Below, piece by piece: positions 24,951 through 38,179 of a stretch of DNA of 64,000 bases. Within the stretch, counting starts at the first letter, position 1, and each line of letters begins with the position of its first letter. Origin of the DNA: Phoronis australis (Eukaryota > Animalia > Phoronida); assembly GCA_002633005.1 (NCBI GenBank), contig NMRA01000298.1, positions 1 to 64,000 of the forward strand. Direction: 5' to 3'. A program made the position numbers and the translations under genes. The notes beneath the pieces are model-generated. The model was not told the DNA's origin and did not search any database. It worked only from the letters and a program-made list of their open reading frames with translations.

Positions 24951-27390
24951 TGAAAAGGAATTCTTTAAAATTGTAGGAGAAATTACATATTAATTTTTTG
25001 ATGACCTTTCCACTAATTGACCTCTTATGGTGCATTATGAGCCCCGATGAGGGAGTAATTGCTAACTCGATTAAAAGTGTGGTTAATGCTAATAATCGCA
25101 ACTGTTTTACTTTAAGCACTTCAGAATACAAGATGAATGAAGTGGTCAAACTTTCAGAAGAAAAATGCACCTAATGACCCCATGGGTGCGGCCAATGACC
25201 TGAAAATTTAGAATTCAAACTCAATCGCACTTAGTAAACAGATACGTAATTCTGAAGTCTCTAGCTCAAAATTTTAGTTTGCACTCAATGGCCTTTGACC
25301 TATTTTTTCTGATTGGTTAGGCCTATTGCGAAGTAAAGTAGGGTATTCAATTGGCATGTTGACTTAAACCAGTGTGCTGAAATTGAAAAGAATTCCTTGA
25401 AAAACGTAAGAGATATAACATTTTGAACGTTAAATGACCTTTGCATTAATTGACCCTATCCGGTGCATTATAAGCGTCTTTAGGAGAATTATTGCAAAGC
25501 CCATAAAATGTGTTTAATGCTGAGAATCACAGTTGTCTAACGGTTGACACATCAGAATACTTGCTGATTGAAAAGGTCAAAATTTCAGAAGAAAAATGCA
25601 CCTAATGACCCCATGTTTGCACTAAATGACCTGAAACTTTGGATTCCAAATTGAATTACCTGTGCCAATCAGACCTGTCAATTTGAAGTGTCTAGCTCAA
25701 AATTTAGTTTGCACCTAATAACCTTTAACCTATTTCACCTGATTGGATGACCCGATTACTTAGAAAAGTAATGTTTTAAATTGTCATGTTGACTTATACC
25801 TGTGCACCGAATTTGAAAAGAATAGGTTTGAAAATGAAGAAGGAGTAGCATTTTGAAAATTACATGACCTTTGCACCAAATGACCTCTTACGGTGCAATG
25901 TGGATTATGATTATATAACGAATCGAAATTTATGTACTGCCAAAAATCACATGCAGAACTGGGGTAAGTCAACATGCCAATTGAACACCCTAATTTACTA
26001 CGCAATAGGCCTAACCAATCAGAAAAAATAGGTCGAAGGTCATTGAGTGCAAACTAAAGTTTTGTGCTAGACACTTCTAATCCACAAGTCTGATTGGTAC
26101 ATTCAATTCAATTCAATTTAAAATACGATGTTGCAGGTCATTTTGTGCAACCATGGGGCCATTAGGTGCACTTTTCGTCTGAAAATTTGTCCTTTTCATT
26201 GATAAAGTAGTGTGATGTGTCAGCCGTCAGACAACTGTGATTCTCAGCATTAAACACAATTATCACGGGCTTTGCAATGATTCTCCTAAAGACGCTGATA
26301 ATGCACCGGATAGGGTCAATTAGTGCAAAGGTCATCTGACCTTCAAAATGTTATATCCTCTACATTTTTGAAGGAATTTTTTTCAAGTTTAGCACACTGG
26401 TGTAAGTTACCATGCCAATCGAACGTCCTACTTTACTATGCAATAGGCCTAACCAATCAGAAAAAATAGGTCTAAGGTCATTGAGTGAAAACTAAAATTC
26501 TGAGCTAGAGCTTTCAAAATTACATATCTGTTTAAAATGTGATTGAATTTGATTTCTAAATGTTCAGGTCATTTGGTGTACCCATGGGGTCATTAGGGTC
26601 ATTTTTGATCGGAAAGTTTTACCAATTGATGTTGTATTCTAAAATGCTTAAGTAAAACATCTGTGATTCTTAGCATTAACCACACTTCTAATCGAGTTTA
26701 CAATTATTCGCTCATCCGGGCTCATAATGCAACGAAAGAGGTCAATTAATGGAAAGGTCATCAAAATATTAGCACGGTGTTCTTCCTACAATTTTAAAGA
26801 ATTCCTTTTCAAATTGGTTAACGGGTTGCTGTCAGTAACTTCCCATCACAATTCGTTTAATACACTCGTGCAGACTCCATTATTGTCACGCCGTGACAAT
26901 AATCTTTCTAGTTCTTATTCTTATTCTTATTCTTCTTCCAACCAACTTTGAGACTTAATAACTCCAAATTGGGTGCAGGTACCTTCTTTAAAATCAGCAT
27001 ATCTGTTTATTAAATGCGATTGAGTTTAAATTCTCAATTTTTAGGCCATTTGGTGGACCCATGGGTTATTAGGTGCATTCTTCTTCTGAAGGTTTGACCA
27101 ATTCATTCATTCTGAAGTGCTTAAAGTAAAACATCTGTAATTCTTAGCATCAAGCACACTTTTAATTGACTTTAGAATTATTTCCTCATCAGGGCTCATA
27201 ATGCACCGGAAGAGGTCAATTAGTGGAAAGGTCATCAAAATATTAACATGTAATTTCTTCTACAATTTTAAAAAATTCCTAATCATATTGGTAAACGGGT
27301 TGCTGTCAATAACTTCCCATAACAATCCCAGTAATACGCTCCTGCAGAGTCCATTACTGTCAAGCAGTGACAATAATCTCTCTAGTTACT
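24951..27390. repeat. ~430-bp satellite-like units in inverted arrangement, with Helentron/HINE-type terminal boxes
   Basis: Units restart at ~24951, 25383 and 25813. Reverse-complement units run from ~25960 to 27290. Terminal hairpin attattgtcacgccgtgacaataat+ctttctagtt at ~26879-26913, with a variant at ~27353-27387. Confidence 0.8.
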
Positions 27391-28040
27391 CTGCGCGTTC
27401 AAGCGCAGAGTTTGGCCGTTCTAACTATTTTATTACTCTGCGCGTGCAAGCGCAGAGTTTTAATGGTGTACGTATTTTATCTTCTTATTCTTGCAATTTT
27501 TTTCTTATTCCTCTTCTTCCTTGCTTTTATTACTCTTACGTTCATTCGTTTAGAACAATAATATTCATTGTTCTTGATATGATAGTTAAGTGATTTATAT
27601 TGATAATATTTTTTCGACCCTAAATGCACTAGGAAGACCTGAAACGGGTCAAGGAGTCCATTTTGTCAAAATGCATCTTCTTAAACAGTTTTTTTAGGTG
27701 GACTCTTCGCATTTTGTTAACAAGTAGAAAGCAAGGAGGTGCATCAGACATTTACACGGATTTACAATCGGACCAAGGGAAACGAGTGCAAAAGTGATTT
27801 TTGAGCTAGACCTTTCAAAATCATGCATATGATTACCATACATAAAGAAACAAACTTTGGGGTGATTGGGTGTAACTTTGGGGTCATTAACTGCACATTT
27901 CTGATGAATTTAAGACTTTTTCAATCAGGTTGTACTTAATTGATGCATAAGTGAGAGCGTCCAAATTCGTGGTGGTTCAACCAATTGCCGATCAAATTCT
28001 ATTGACCCCATGGATTTGACTCAAAATGTACCGGATTGCC
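27388..28040 (+). mobile_element. Adjacent HINE-like element start (duplicated hairpin followed by CTT-rich microsatellite)
   Basis: actctgcgcg(tt/tg)caagcgcagagt occurs twice (~27388, ~27435), followed by a cttcttatt tract and a degenerate unit. End approximate. Confidence 0.5.
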
Positions 28041-28044
28041 AATA

Positions 28045-28271
28045 GGAAATCCTTTAGGATTTCGTATAGGCTTCCTATAGGATCCTATAGAAATCCTAGA
28101 GAATCCATTTGGATCTTGGCCCACCAGCCTATAGGACTCCTATAGGAATCCTATAGGATCCTATTGGAATACTACAGGCTGGTGGACCAAAATCCAATTG
28201 AATTCTATCGGATCCTGTATGATTTCCTGTAGTGATCCAATATTAAATCCTATTGGATTTTTTCTTAAGGG
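28045..28271. repeat. Array of short palindromic (t)cctatagga units
   Basis: Repeated tcctatagga/atcc motifs ending in tttttcttaaggg, probably a transposon subterminal region. Confidence 0.7.
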
Positions 28272-29444
28272 TTTTTGTGGCGTACATGTACATGAAGGTT
28301 ATGAGGATAAGCTTCGAATAGATCACTACTTTTACATGGTTATGCTCCATTTGTAGAACAATTGTTATCTCAGTTGTGATCAGAACTTTGTCATGTTTTG
28401 ACGTACGTGCATGTAGTATTGCCTAATCGACCACCGATGTGAAATAAACGTACATGTACGACTAGTTGTTGCACTTTCGCAAACAAAAATTATAATCAAA
28501 ATACTGGACTGCCAAGGTTCAGCTAAATACCAAAGAAAACGGAACACTTACTGCTGTTAAATGTTTCAAAGTGTTTCCGCTGTCTTGGAGGACGAGTGGC
28601 TATTGAATATAATGTATTTTAATGCTGTTTTGTGTAGCCCTTGTTAGAAATTGTTCTTTCACATCTGTCGTACATTTATGCATCAACGCATTCTTGCAAA
28701 CGTCTAGTTTGAAGCAGATAGCATAAATATTATTCTTGGATTGATCTTCCATCTACCACCCTGTTCCCAGTCAATGTATACATTCATCTGCCACAAACAT
28801 TGAGGTCTGTACCTCTGTTCCCAATCACTGTAATCCTGAACCCTGTGTTCCTAAATTGTGTCCTCTGGTCCCTATATTCCCTGGACTTGTTTTCTGATGA
28901 AACTATGTTCCCGTTCCTATGTTCCTCCTAATGACTCTATGCTGTATCCTACAGATGTTTCCCCGGCCCTACGTTTCACCGCCCCAGTGCTCTCCTGACA
29001 TACCTAATGACTATTGTCCATCCATGTCGGGAATCAATTTCTTTGTTTTAATTATCTGAATACCAGTTACTAACCCTAACCCTAACCCTAATCCTGAGAT
29101 CCTAGGGCTGAAAAGCAGGCTAACTCGAGCAGTAACGCCACAAGAAAAAAAAAAACACTGCATGCTGAAGGTGACATTTCGTATTGCTTTACACGGCGCA
29201 CTTACGATCTGTGATCACTTTTTAGTATTGTTGTATTTCAATTTTGAAATCGCTGTCATCAGGTAAGACATTATCTATAGAAGACGAAAAAAACTAGAAA
29301 TGCCTGTCATCTGTTATAAATGTTTTTACTTAATTTTTCATAAGCATCCTAATCTCCATTGCCTCACATGTACATGTAAGAGGTAAGCACAAACATGTGG
29401 CAAATATAGCGTATTTTTTCTATGACAGTTGTTGTTACCGTTTT

Positions 29445-30140
29445 AAAACATGGCTAGGCACATTAGGCACACCAAAATGTGACATTTTAAACGCAGATAT
29501 TATAAATGAGTTGAGAAACAGCTGTAGGAGGCAAGAACAAACATGTAACCTATATATTGAATTATTTCTACAAAAGTTTTTGTCACAAAACCTTTTGATC
29601 AACATGCCTAAGTTCATGAACATCAGGCATGCAAAAGTATCACCTTTTAAATGCAGACATTATTAATGAGTGAAGAAACAGCTGCAGGAGGCAAGGACAA
29701 TCATGTAACCTATATCTTGCATTATTTCTATGAAAGTTTTTGTCACAAAACCTTTTGATCAACATGCCTAAGTTCATGGACATTAGGCACGCCAAAGTAT
29801 CACCTTTTAAAGACAGACATTATTAATGAGTGAAGAAACAGCTGCAGGAGGCAAGAACAATCATGTAACCTATATCTTGCATTATTTCTATGAAAGTTTT
29901 TGTCACAAAACCTTTTGATCAACATGCCTAAGTTCATGGACATTAGGCACGCCAAAGTATCACCTTTTAAAGGCAGACATTATTAATGAGTGAAGAAACA
30001 GCTGCAAGAGGCGAGCAAAAACATACAATATATATAATGCATTATTTCTATGAAAGTTTTTTGTTACGGTTTTGAAGAACATGCTTAGGCTAATGCACAT
30101 TATTTGCACCAAAGTGTAAACCTTTCAACGCAGAAATTAT
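29445..30140 (+). repeat. Tandem repeat, 160 bp x ~4.3
   Basis: aacatgcctaagttcatg starts at 29601, 29761 and 29921. Inner copies are nearly identical; flanking copies are diverged. Confidence 0.95.
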
Positions 30141-30899
30141 TAATTTGTGGTGGAACGGCGCAGTATTGGCTTATTACATTAGAAAAACCGATATGGATGC
30201 TACCAACAGTGTTTGAAGGGAAATATTAGGACTCCTCTTCCCCATTATTTATAAAAGGATGCCTACTGTAGGTGTTTGACCGACTATATGCGTGCACTGA
30301 TTAATAGCTAATCTGCGCTGCTTACACGGAATTACTGGCTACTCTGATGAGCTAACTTGCGATTCTAGAGATTCTGCACTCTAGCATCGATTGAAGTCTT
30401 TGCATCGTACATGAACAGCTGATCAGCAGTTCTACACCCGTAGAACACCTGGAGCGCTACTGGCCTGAATGACAGGCTCTACTAAGCCGGCAGTCCAGAG
30501 CAATTAGTGTAACACTGATGAACTTAGTTCCAACAACTGACCATAGGAGCTCTTAGAGCTTATACCTCAGTATAAACAAAAATCGACGACTGTCGTTAAC
30601 AGCACTCTGGAAGTGACCCCTTTGGACCATACTAGGATGCCAAATTGAGCTAGATTAGATAGTCAGGGCAACGGGCAAAGCTGATTTAATACGGACAATT
30701 GTGCTCCACTGAAAAACCGAATGACCCATGGCAGACAAATTGCACTCTGGAATGGGCCCGGCAGAAACCAAAAAGGAACCCCCAAAATGAGGTAAATCAT
30801 ACCTTTGAGGTACCACAAGAAACAATTCCTTATGTCTCAAAACTGACCACTAAATGCCCAGTAATAGACAAATACGTTCCAAGTTGAGCCAGCCAATAA

Positions 30900-31200
30900 C
30901 CTCAAAAATGTCAATCACGGCAAACTATTTGGCAGGAAGACCTACATGTGCGGAAAACAACTGCTGTCTCACATTTCTTACAGTGATACCATGACAGCTG
31001 ATGATGCACCGTATCTTAAAATTTGCCATGAAGAGGCCGAAACATATCTTGCCTTCCTCTTAGACTACTCAAATGGCAATGTATTGATCAGGGCAGCTGA
31101 CACGTATGTTATTGTAATTGTAATCAGAATGATAGCAATACAATTGAAGAGCAGCAGAGGAATGCCTTTCGAGCGTGTTATAAGGAACTGTGAATGTGTT
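30900..31200 (+). mobile_element. Academ-type XPG/FEN-like nuclease fragment
   Basis: HEEAETYLAFLL...NVLIRAADTYVIVI matches the HEEADT...VxxxDTDV motif pair, with substitutions. Confidence 0.65.
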
Positions 31201-31439
31201 TAGTGTGGTACTTCGAAAAAATTAGCTAAATCTTTTTGGGCGTAGTTTATATCACTTTTTTCTGTTTCTGAAGAACAGAGGATTAAAGTTTAAATGGCCT
31301 GTATACACGCATTGTCTACATGCATGCGTTCGTGAGGTGCCTGAATAGGCACTTATCTGCTATGGTCCCCGGAAGGTTGTAGATTGACACGACTGCAGTA
31401 GTTTATTTTCAGTTCATGCAGCATTCAACAGCCATTACT

Positions 31440-32000
31440 TCCGCTTTTAGCATATTTGTATCTATGGGAGTGAAATGAAATTGTTGCCTGCATCGAATAC
31501 CCACTCCACCGCCCGCGCGACCACTCCGGACAGACCTGTGTCAAGGTATAGTGAATTTGATGTGTTGGACTGTCAGGTTTCGTTCATGAATACTACGTGG
31601 GCGTCTGGTTCTTCATGGGCAAGATACTCTATTAGAGTTTTCCGTTTACCTCTCACCCCATTGATGTTAATATGCAGTAGTCTAGCCCTGTCGAAGACGC
31701 GTCGTGTCGCTTTGGATACTGTCAGACTTTTATTTTCTAGTCATCAGCTGGAGATTCTGTTAGCCATTCAGATCTGTCTCATAGCTGGTGTTGACGGCTT
31801 CAACGATCATCTGTCTGACTTCTTTTTTTCCGAAGTCTTGCTCTAGTTTGGTAACCGTTATCCCCACCGCCAGCTTCGTGAGTGTCATAGCCAGTTTTAG
31901 GACCTCTAGGTCGTTTGATTGGCCATTTGACGCCTGAGCGTACGACAGTTGTTTTGTTTTGACTCCTATTTTATAAGCCGTGCAGTGGCTACAAGACATG
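31440..32000 (-). mobile_element. Decayed I/Jockey-group LINE fragment (ORF1 end and APE start)
   Basis: Minus frame RLLHININGVRGKRKTLIEYLAHEEPDAHVVFMNET*, then GRAGGGVGI after a frameshift. Upstream ORF 31760-31999 contains SYAQA, typical of ORF1 tails. Confidence 0.7.
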
Positions 32001-34379
32001 TGTTTTGAGTAAATGTCTAATAATTCGGATTTTTTGTAAAGAATGTATGTGAATCAGACGACATCAAAGGTCCAATTGATTATAAAATATAAAGATGTAT
32101 ACTTTGGATGAATGCCTTCCTAAATTGTCCACAACAAGTGATCCATATTCAAAAACCTTTACCTTTATACACTGTGGAGAATAACTCTTTTGAATTAGGG
32201 ACACCATTTCCCTTGTAGCTTAAGTAGTCATTTATATAACCTTTCAGCTTCATTCACGTTTGATCTTTCTTTTACACGCAGTTTTTCGCATTTTGGTAAC
32301 ACGCTTGATTTTTAGAATTGAAAATATTTTCAGACCAGCCAGGTATGAAAAATGACAATTACTCATGGATTTTGTTATTTATGTGTTGCTACTGAAATAT
32401 TTATTAAGATCTGACGAAGGGCTTTCTAATTATATGGCTCTTATGAAATTGGGATGAAAAAAGACGGGATTGCAAAAACTTTTGATAACAGTGAACTCCA
32501 TAGCAAGTACTAATAGCCGAACAAATGAACTCAAACAACTCTGACGCACGCGCAAACGCAACCTCATCGGCTGCAGTATCCGGAGTTGGCATTCTAGGGC
32601 TCAAACGCAACCCAGTCTCTCAACAACATTCTACAATTAGGACCATAGACATCTATGTATATGCGACATTTAGCGAGCTAACGAGGTACTGCTATTAAAG
32701 ACTTGCCCACGCAGACTCCCACGTTGTTAGTGCAGTCTCTCACACAAGCCTGCTTTCCGTCTGTGCAGTTGGCCTTCACGCATTCCTTGTCCTGAAAAAA
32801 GTGATTGTATGTCTACATCTAAAATTATGGTACAGTCAATATGATCAGCTTCTGTTTAAAGTCGACCACTAAACATTATTCCCTTCAAATGCAAAACCCA
32901 GATTGCGTCTAATCGGTCAGAAGATTGCAAAGAAATGATTGAAGAATAAGGTCATTCAACTTACATGCTGGTGTGACCTGTTTGCTGTTGCACCACCCTG
33001 TAAAAATCAATAGTTAAAAAACTTTATGGATGAAGATTCGTTGATGTTGGAGGGTGCGTATGTCGCAATAAAAGAGTATCGTCTGTGAAAATTCCTTTGT
33101 TGAAATTGTTTAAACTGAAATGAATCAGAAATGGTTATTTTTTAAAAATATGTAAACAAAACCAGTTTTATCCATTAACAGCCATTGAAAGCAATATTCC
33201 TGTACAATTCCCTGAAACAAAATGATGCTCTTTAACCCTTGACAAAAGACCACAATTTGGAGCGAATCATAGTACTCTTTTTGAATTCTGTTGCACAGGC
33301 AAGAGTGAAAAACATGTACGCTTTTAGTAGTCTGAGTTCTTAGTGGATTCCTGCTTTTATCTTTCAAGAAAGGCGAAAATGATGCATTAGCAGATGACAG
33401 ACGATGGTTGGTTGAACACACCAAAACAGGGTTTAGTATCCTTTTCAGGGAGTTATACACAATACTAATATACCGATATATTTGTATTTTGTATTTCGGT
33501 CTTTGGCTACTAAAACTTGAAATCAGGTAGCATTTCCTTGTCACTTTCTTGCCATGGCTGTCTAAAGTGACGCACCTCTATCAATGATATTAAATGTACA
33601 TGTACATGTATATGGTGTGCTGAAGATTTGCTGCCACTTTAATCAATGATTGAAAACCTTTATTTCTCGGTTTACTGATTTTCTGACAAGGAATTTGAGG
33701 ACATGCACGTATGTGCACGAAGATTTGGAAGGGTTGCCTCAAAGGTGCATTTGATGGTTCGAGCATTCACGATATAACTTTGATTATGAACTGAACGTTT
33801 ACTTTCTTTACTCGGAATTCCGGGGATTTTGTAACTCGAATATAGAGTAAAACGTGAACTAGGCACTTATCTTCGTAAACCCCGATAAATTTGAGTGCAG
33901 AATAAATTGATAATAAAATACACGCCAACTAATCATTTTAACTCGATTTTCGGCTTCGTAAAAATATATACGCGGCGTAGAAACCTTTGGCTAATAAATC
34001 CACTCATATTAAAACATCTGCAAAACAATACAACATTTTTATACCACCAAAATATACCAGTACTTAAGATTTAATTTGCCATGAGAGAGACCATGTCGAC
34101 GTAAATGCGAAATACTTCGTGAACCCCACTCACTCATGGATATCAGAATTTTAGTGATGAAACTAATTATTATAGTTTTGGGTGTCAAAATTGATTTGAC
34201 AAAATTTCACTGCTTTATTTGTGCCAATTTGAAAGGCAACACAAAGAGGATGGAGCGCCAGCTTATTTTTAGACATTGCGTCATCTTTTGATGTCGTGTC
34301 CCATGATCTGCTTCTACATAAATTACAATCTTGTGGTTTCCCAGGCTCTCTCCTCTTACTTTTAAAATCATATCTGGAA

Positions 34380-34565
34380 TGTCAAACTTACAAATTGAGG
34401 GTGTCACATCACCCTCATCAACACCAGGTTTCGTAAATGCTGGAGTACCTCAAGGTAATATACTAGGTCCCGTACTCTTTTCACTGTACGTCAATGATCT
34501 TCCAGACACAATAAATTCTAAAACATTTTTATATGTTCATAACACTGCAATTTTCTGCCCATTCT
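34380..34565 (+). mobile_element. CR1/L2-type reverse transcriptase fragment
   Basis: AGVPQGNILGPVLFSLYVNDLP...LYVHNT, with the YADD motif decayed. Confidence 0.85.
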
Positions 34566-37513
34566 CAAAACATCATCCCCATGAGTACTGGGTATGAACT
34601 GAATATTTCATAGTAAACATTCAAAAAGGGAGTGCAAACATACCAGTTTCATTAAAACTTTATTGGACTAGCAATTAATCGCTTGAGTAAAAGTGAAATG
34701 TGTTCTACTAATGAAGGTTATTATGCTAAATTTTAGGTTGGAGGTGTCTTGATATATATATGTAAAATCGCCCAGCGATAATCAGTCTGGATTATAAAAT
34801 GTAATTAACAATCCTGCCTATCAAAGAACAAAGCGACTTCATGAAACTTGCCCACGGAACACTACAGTAGGATGTGAACTCGTTGCATAGATGTCGGTAG
34901 ATAGGCGTATTTATTGTCCACTTTGTTGATCTTTTTATAATAAAGTTAATGGTAAGCATTTATTGGTAACCCGCTGATGTGCGCCCAACGTACAATACCC
35001 GTTCGACCTGTATTGCTATATCCAACAAAGAAGCAATACAAGAAAACAACTGTAGCGCTCGCCATATGCATCTCACAAGTCAAACAATAGTTTGCAACAT
35101 CCGTACGACGTCTTTTGACATTGACGGCTGCTCAAGTCCATAAAGTTTGATCTTTTAAAAATCCTTTTGTTCATTGGTGTTTACTAGACATTTTTTTTCG
35201 AGTGCTCACGTTTTTGACAAACTTGCCGCTACATGTAGCTTCTATGTCGACATTTAGCTGGAGGTTGAGCTGTTTAAATAATTTTCCTTATATTTTTGCG
35301 TTGAAAATGCTGGACGCGTATTGTTACTGTAAAACAGGTTGATCTGAACCTAATTAGAAATAAATGCGTGAAATTCATAGCGGCTCAAGATTGAAACGAT
35401 CCTACGGTAATGATCGAGATCTTGTGTGTCGTCCATCTCCTTGAGCGAAACTGCAACACCTCTTTTTTACTTAGAACCTTACTTTCACAATCTTACGGCA
35501 GTTTACGAGGAAAACTTCAATAAATTCGGGTGATGCATTTAGTTTAAGGTAAGCCCAGTGTTATATTTCGAGAAAGTTTAACAAAAACGGAGCAAAAGTA
35601 CCATTTGTACTTATTGATGAGCTAGTGCTAATACGGTGCGGTGTTAATCATTCGGACTAAAGTAGAATACAACGTTTTCGAAGTTAAACATGCGAACAAA
35701 AGTTTAGTCTCAGACCTCGGAATACTTCATTGAAAGCAAACAGAGAGAAGACAGTAAACAATTCATCTTTGTTGTACCACCTGATCTTCCTTTTTTGCTC
35801 ATTGCTTTCTAATTACTGTCGATCGATCTCAATTAATAATTCGTAGGTTCCTAGAAAATATTTGAATGTGGCTAATTAACGAACGTTAGCATTTTCACAT
35901 ACATGTACACTGTATATCCACTATGCTTTAAGGGTTGTTCTGCAAAACGCTATCTGGATTATCTGGCTTGTTTTTTACTGTTCCTTTGTTAAGGGTTTCT
36001 GAGAAGTTTTATCCCAATTTCTGTCCATTTTAGAAAAAGATACAAACACTGGCTGTTTCTGATGCCATACCTGGATTTAGTTTGTACAGGTTCAAGTCAA
36101 TAAATGTAAATTATTTCTCTCGCTAAATATCAAATTTGTTTGATTGAAAAAGCAATAATACATGTACATGTAGCATCTGTCGCAATTTTTAAAGAATTAT
36201 AAAGTTCTTATTAAAACATGTTCAACATATGTTCACGAACAATGGAAACAAATGGTAGATTTTTATAAAAACTCTGTCGTTGTAATTAGGTAATAGATTT
36301 AGTTTGCGTGCCCTTGGTGTGAACATGTGTCAGTCCATCATTAATCGTAACAGTTATCTAAAGATTACATAATTGCGAGGTGAATATGTTTGTCTATTCA
36401 ATAAATAGTTTGAACAAAAAGTTTAAACTATTTGACTGTGATCAATAACATGATTTAAGTTTCCAAAATGTTTTCCATGCTATTCCTTTTGTTTCTGTTT
36501 CAAACCTTCTCTAATAAAATCTCAAGATAATCTCTGCAAAGTCATATTACGCGGCGAATAACCGCCATGCCGTAACACTTTCGGGAATGAAACGAAGCTC
36601 AAGCCAAGGAATTTGCTCATGGAGGACATTTCTCTTTTTCGAATAGCATCCGATCTATGACTTCGTGTTCACTAAGGACCCTAAGCTTTAATAGGTCTTG
36701 GAACTCTGGTAATCTAATAGTAATATTTCTCTCGTACGCCAGTTTTAACACCCACTTGAAAATCAGTGTATTGACTGTAGTGGCAACCAAGTATTTTAGA
36801 AATTGTTGAATAAATAAATAAACACAACCCTCCTAGTCGCCACAATTTTTCACCACTGGTATCCCAGGCTTCCATTTCCGACAGCAGTTGTAATAGGTTC
36901 GAAAGCCTCGAGCCCCTTGCCCTATAATTTCTTTCCAAAACCTGTCACTTTTGTGGATATTTGACGAGATTCACAGACTAATCAATATGGTCCTAACTGA
37001 CTTCAAAATATATGTGTGCAGTCGCAATTGTCAGCTTAAATGCGTTTATCGTGCGTAAAAATTAAAACGGAAGTTACTTGTTTGTAGGTTATACATTTAC
37101 ATGTAAAACGAACGTAAGTATAAGTTTGTCTAAACCACGGATTCAGCCAACTTCACCAACGCTTCAGCGTGTTTGTGTCGACCTGTACTAACACGTGACA
37201 TGTATATCTCCGTGAAGAGCTCAAAGAAGACTGGTGACATTTTCTTACAATATAAGTAAAAACTTTTTAGTGCGAAAGGGATTGCTTCAATTAGCAGCGC
37301 TGCACTAAAATATCCCTACTTATTTTCGATATTGTGGAGATTACAATGTAGTAGAGTTCACTCTCGTTTTGTATTAAAGCCAAATAATTGCTACTGAACC
37401 TAAAATATGGCATTTTAGAACAACCAGTGTTTCCACATGTCCACACATGCGCAGAAGACTTAGGGGTCTTGGTTTAGACTATTTTATATAGCCGGCCACA
37501 CTTCTTACCAGAG

Positions 37514-37727
37514 TAAAACCCTTTTTACGTATTCTGATCCTACTGTCGCGACATTATATCGACTTCAAATGCGGCAGTTGCAGTACGCCCAAAATTAGTC
37601 GCATCAGGTCGGAGCAAATCGGAATGGTCTATTTAGCCCCCCAAAATCGTACAATTGTGTCGGAAGTCATGTAAACACACAACGATACGTCGTACAGAAA
37701 AAGGTCGGAATCGTAAACAGGGTTTTA
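37514..37727. mobile_element. MITE (~214 bp)
   Basis: Imperfect TIRs taaaaccctttttacgtattctgatcct / aggtcggaatcgtaaacagggtttta. Confidence 0.65.
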
Positions 37728-37810
37728 AGGGTCACAAACTCTCGAAGTACTCATGTAACGACATTATAAGCAACCTGACAAGCCATATATTGTCGCAACC
37801 AGATTCTAAC

Positions 37811-38179
37811 CAGATGTAATTTCCAGTTGTCAATTCTTATCTTGCTTCGAAGATTTCTTCCCTCTTTCTCCGCTCTTCCCTGCGACACCATATCGTGATA
37901 GCTTTCCTGGGAGAAGTAGCATACGCCTGTATCTTCTTCGTAGTAAGCCGAGGTGCAAGCTGCCTGCCTCCTGCAGTAGAGCGCGCATTCCACGTCACTT
38001 CTTGTGCCAGTTCGTTTCCCAAAGTAGGACGGTGAAAACGACCCATTTACACTTGTAGCAGAACAAGTGGAACTCAGCGAATTACCCGAGCATGTTTCGA
38101 TTTTTTCACCAAATAGTGTGCTAGACTGACAAAATTTAAAGAGGTTTAAAATGACCGCTGTCCAAATTGAAAAAAACAT
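37811..38179 (-). CDS. Signal peptide + PAN/Apple domain exon; probable first coding exon of the CTHRC1-domain gene
   Basis: ATG at 38179, hydrophobic leader MFFSIWTAVILNLFKFCQS, PAN core SDVECALYCRRQAACTSAYYEEDTGVCYF, donor CTG|gttaga (phase 0). Linkage to the downstream exons is inferred. Confidence 0.7.

Noticed and set aside
24137-25170. Long ORFs of 279 and 335 aa in the ORF track
   Set aside because: Artefacts of translating through the N gap.
29070-29092. (TAACCC)3 telomere-like tract
   Set aside because: Only about three units, embedded in a repeat with ccctatgttccc-like motifs; not a chromosome end or fusion site.
36830-36945. Minus-frame RGFRTYYNCCRKW resembling the CTHRC1 CCxRW motif
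   Set aside because: The flanking residues do not fit, the frame is short and stop-bounded, and no compatible splice pair was found.
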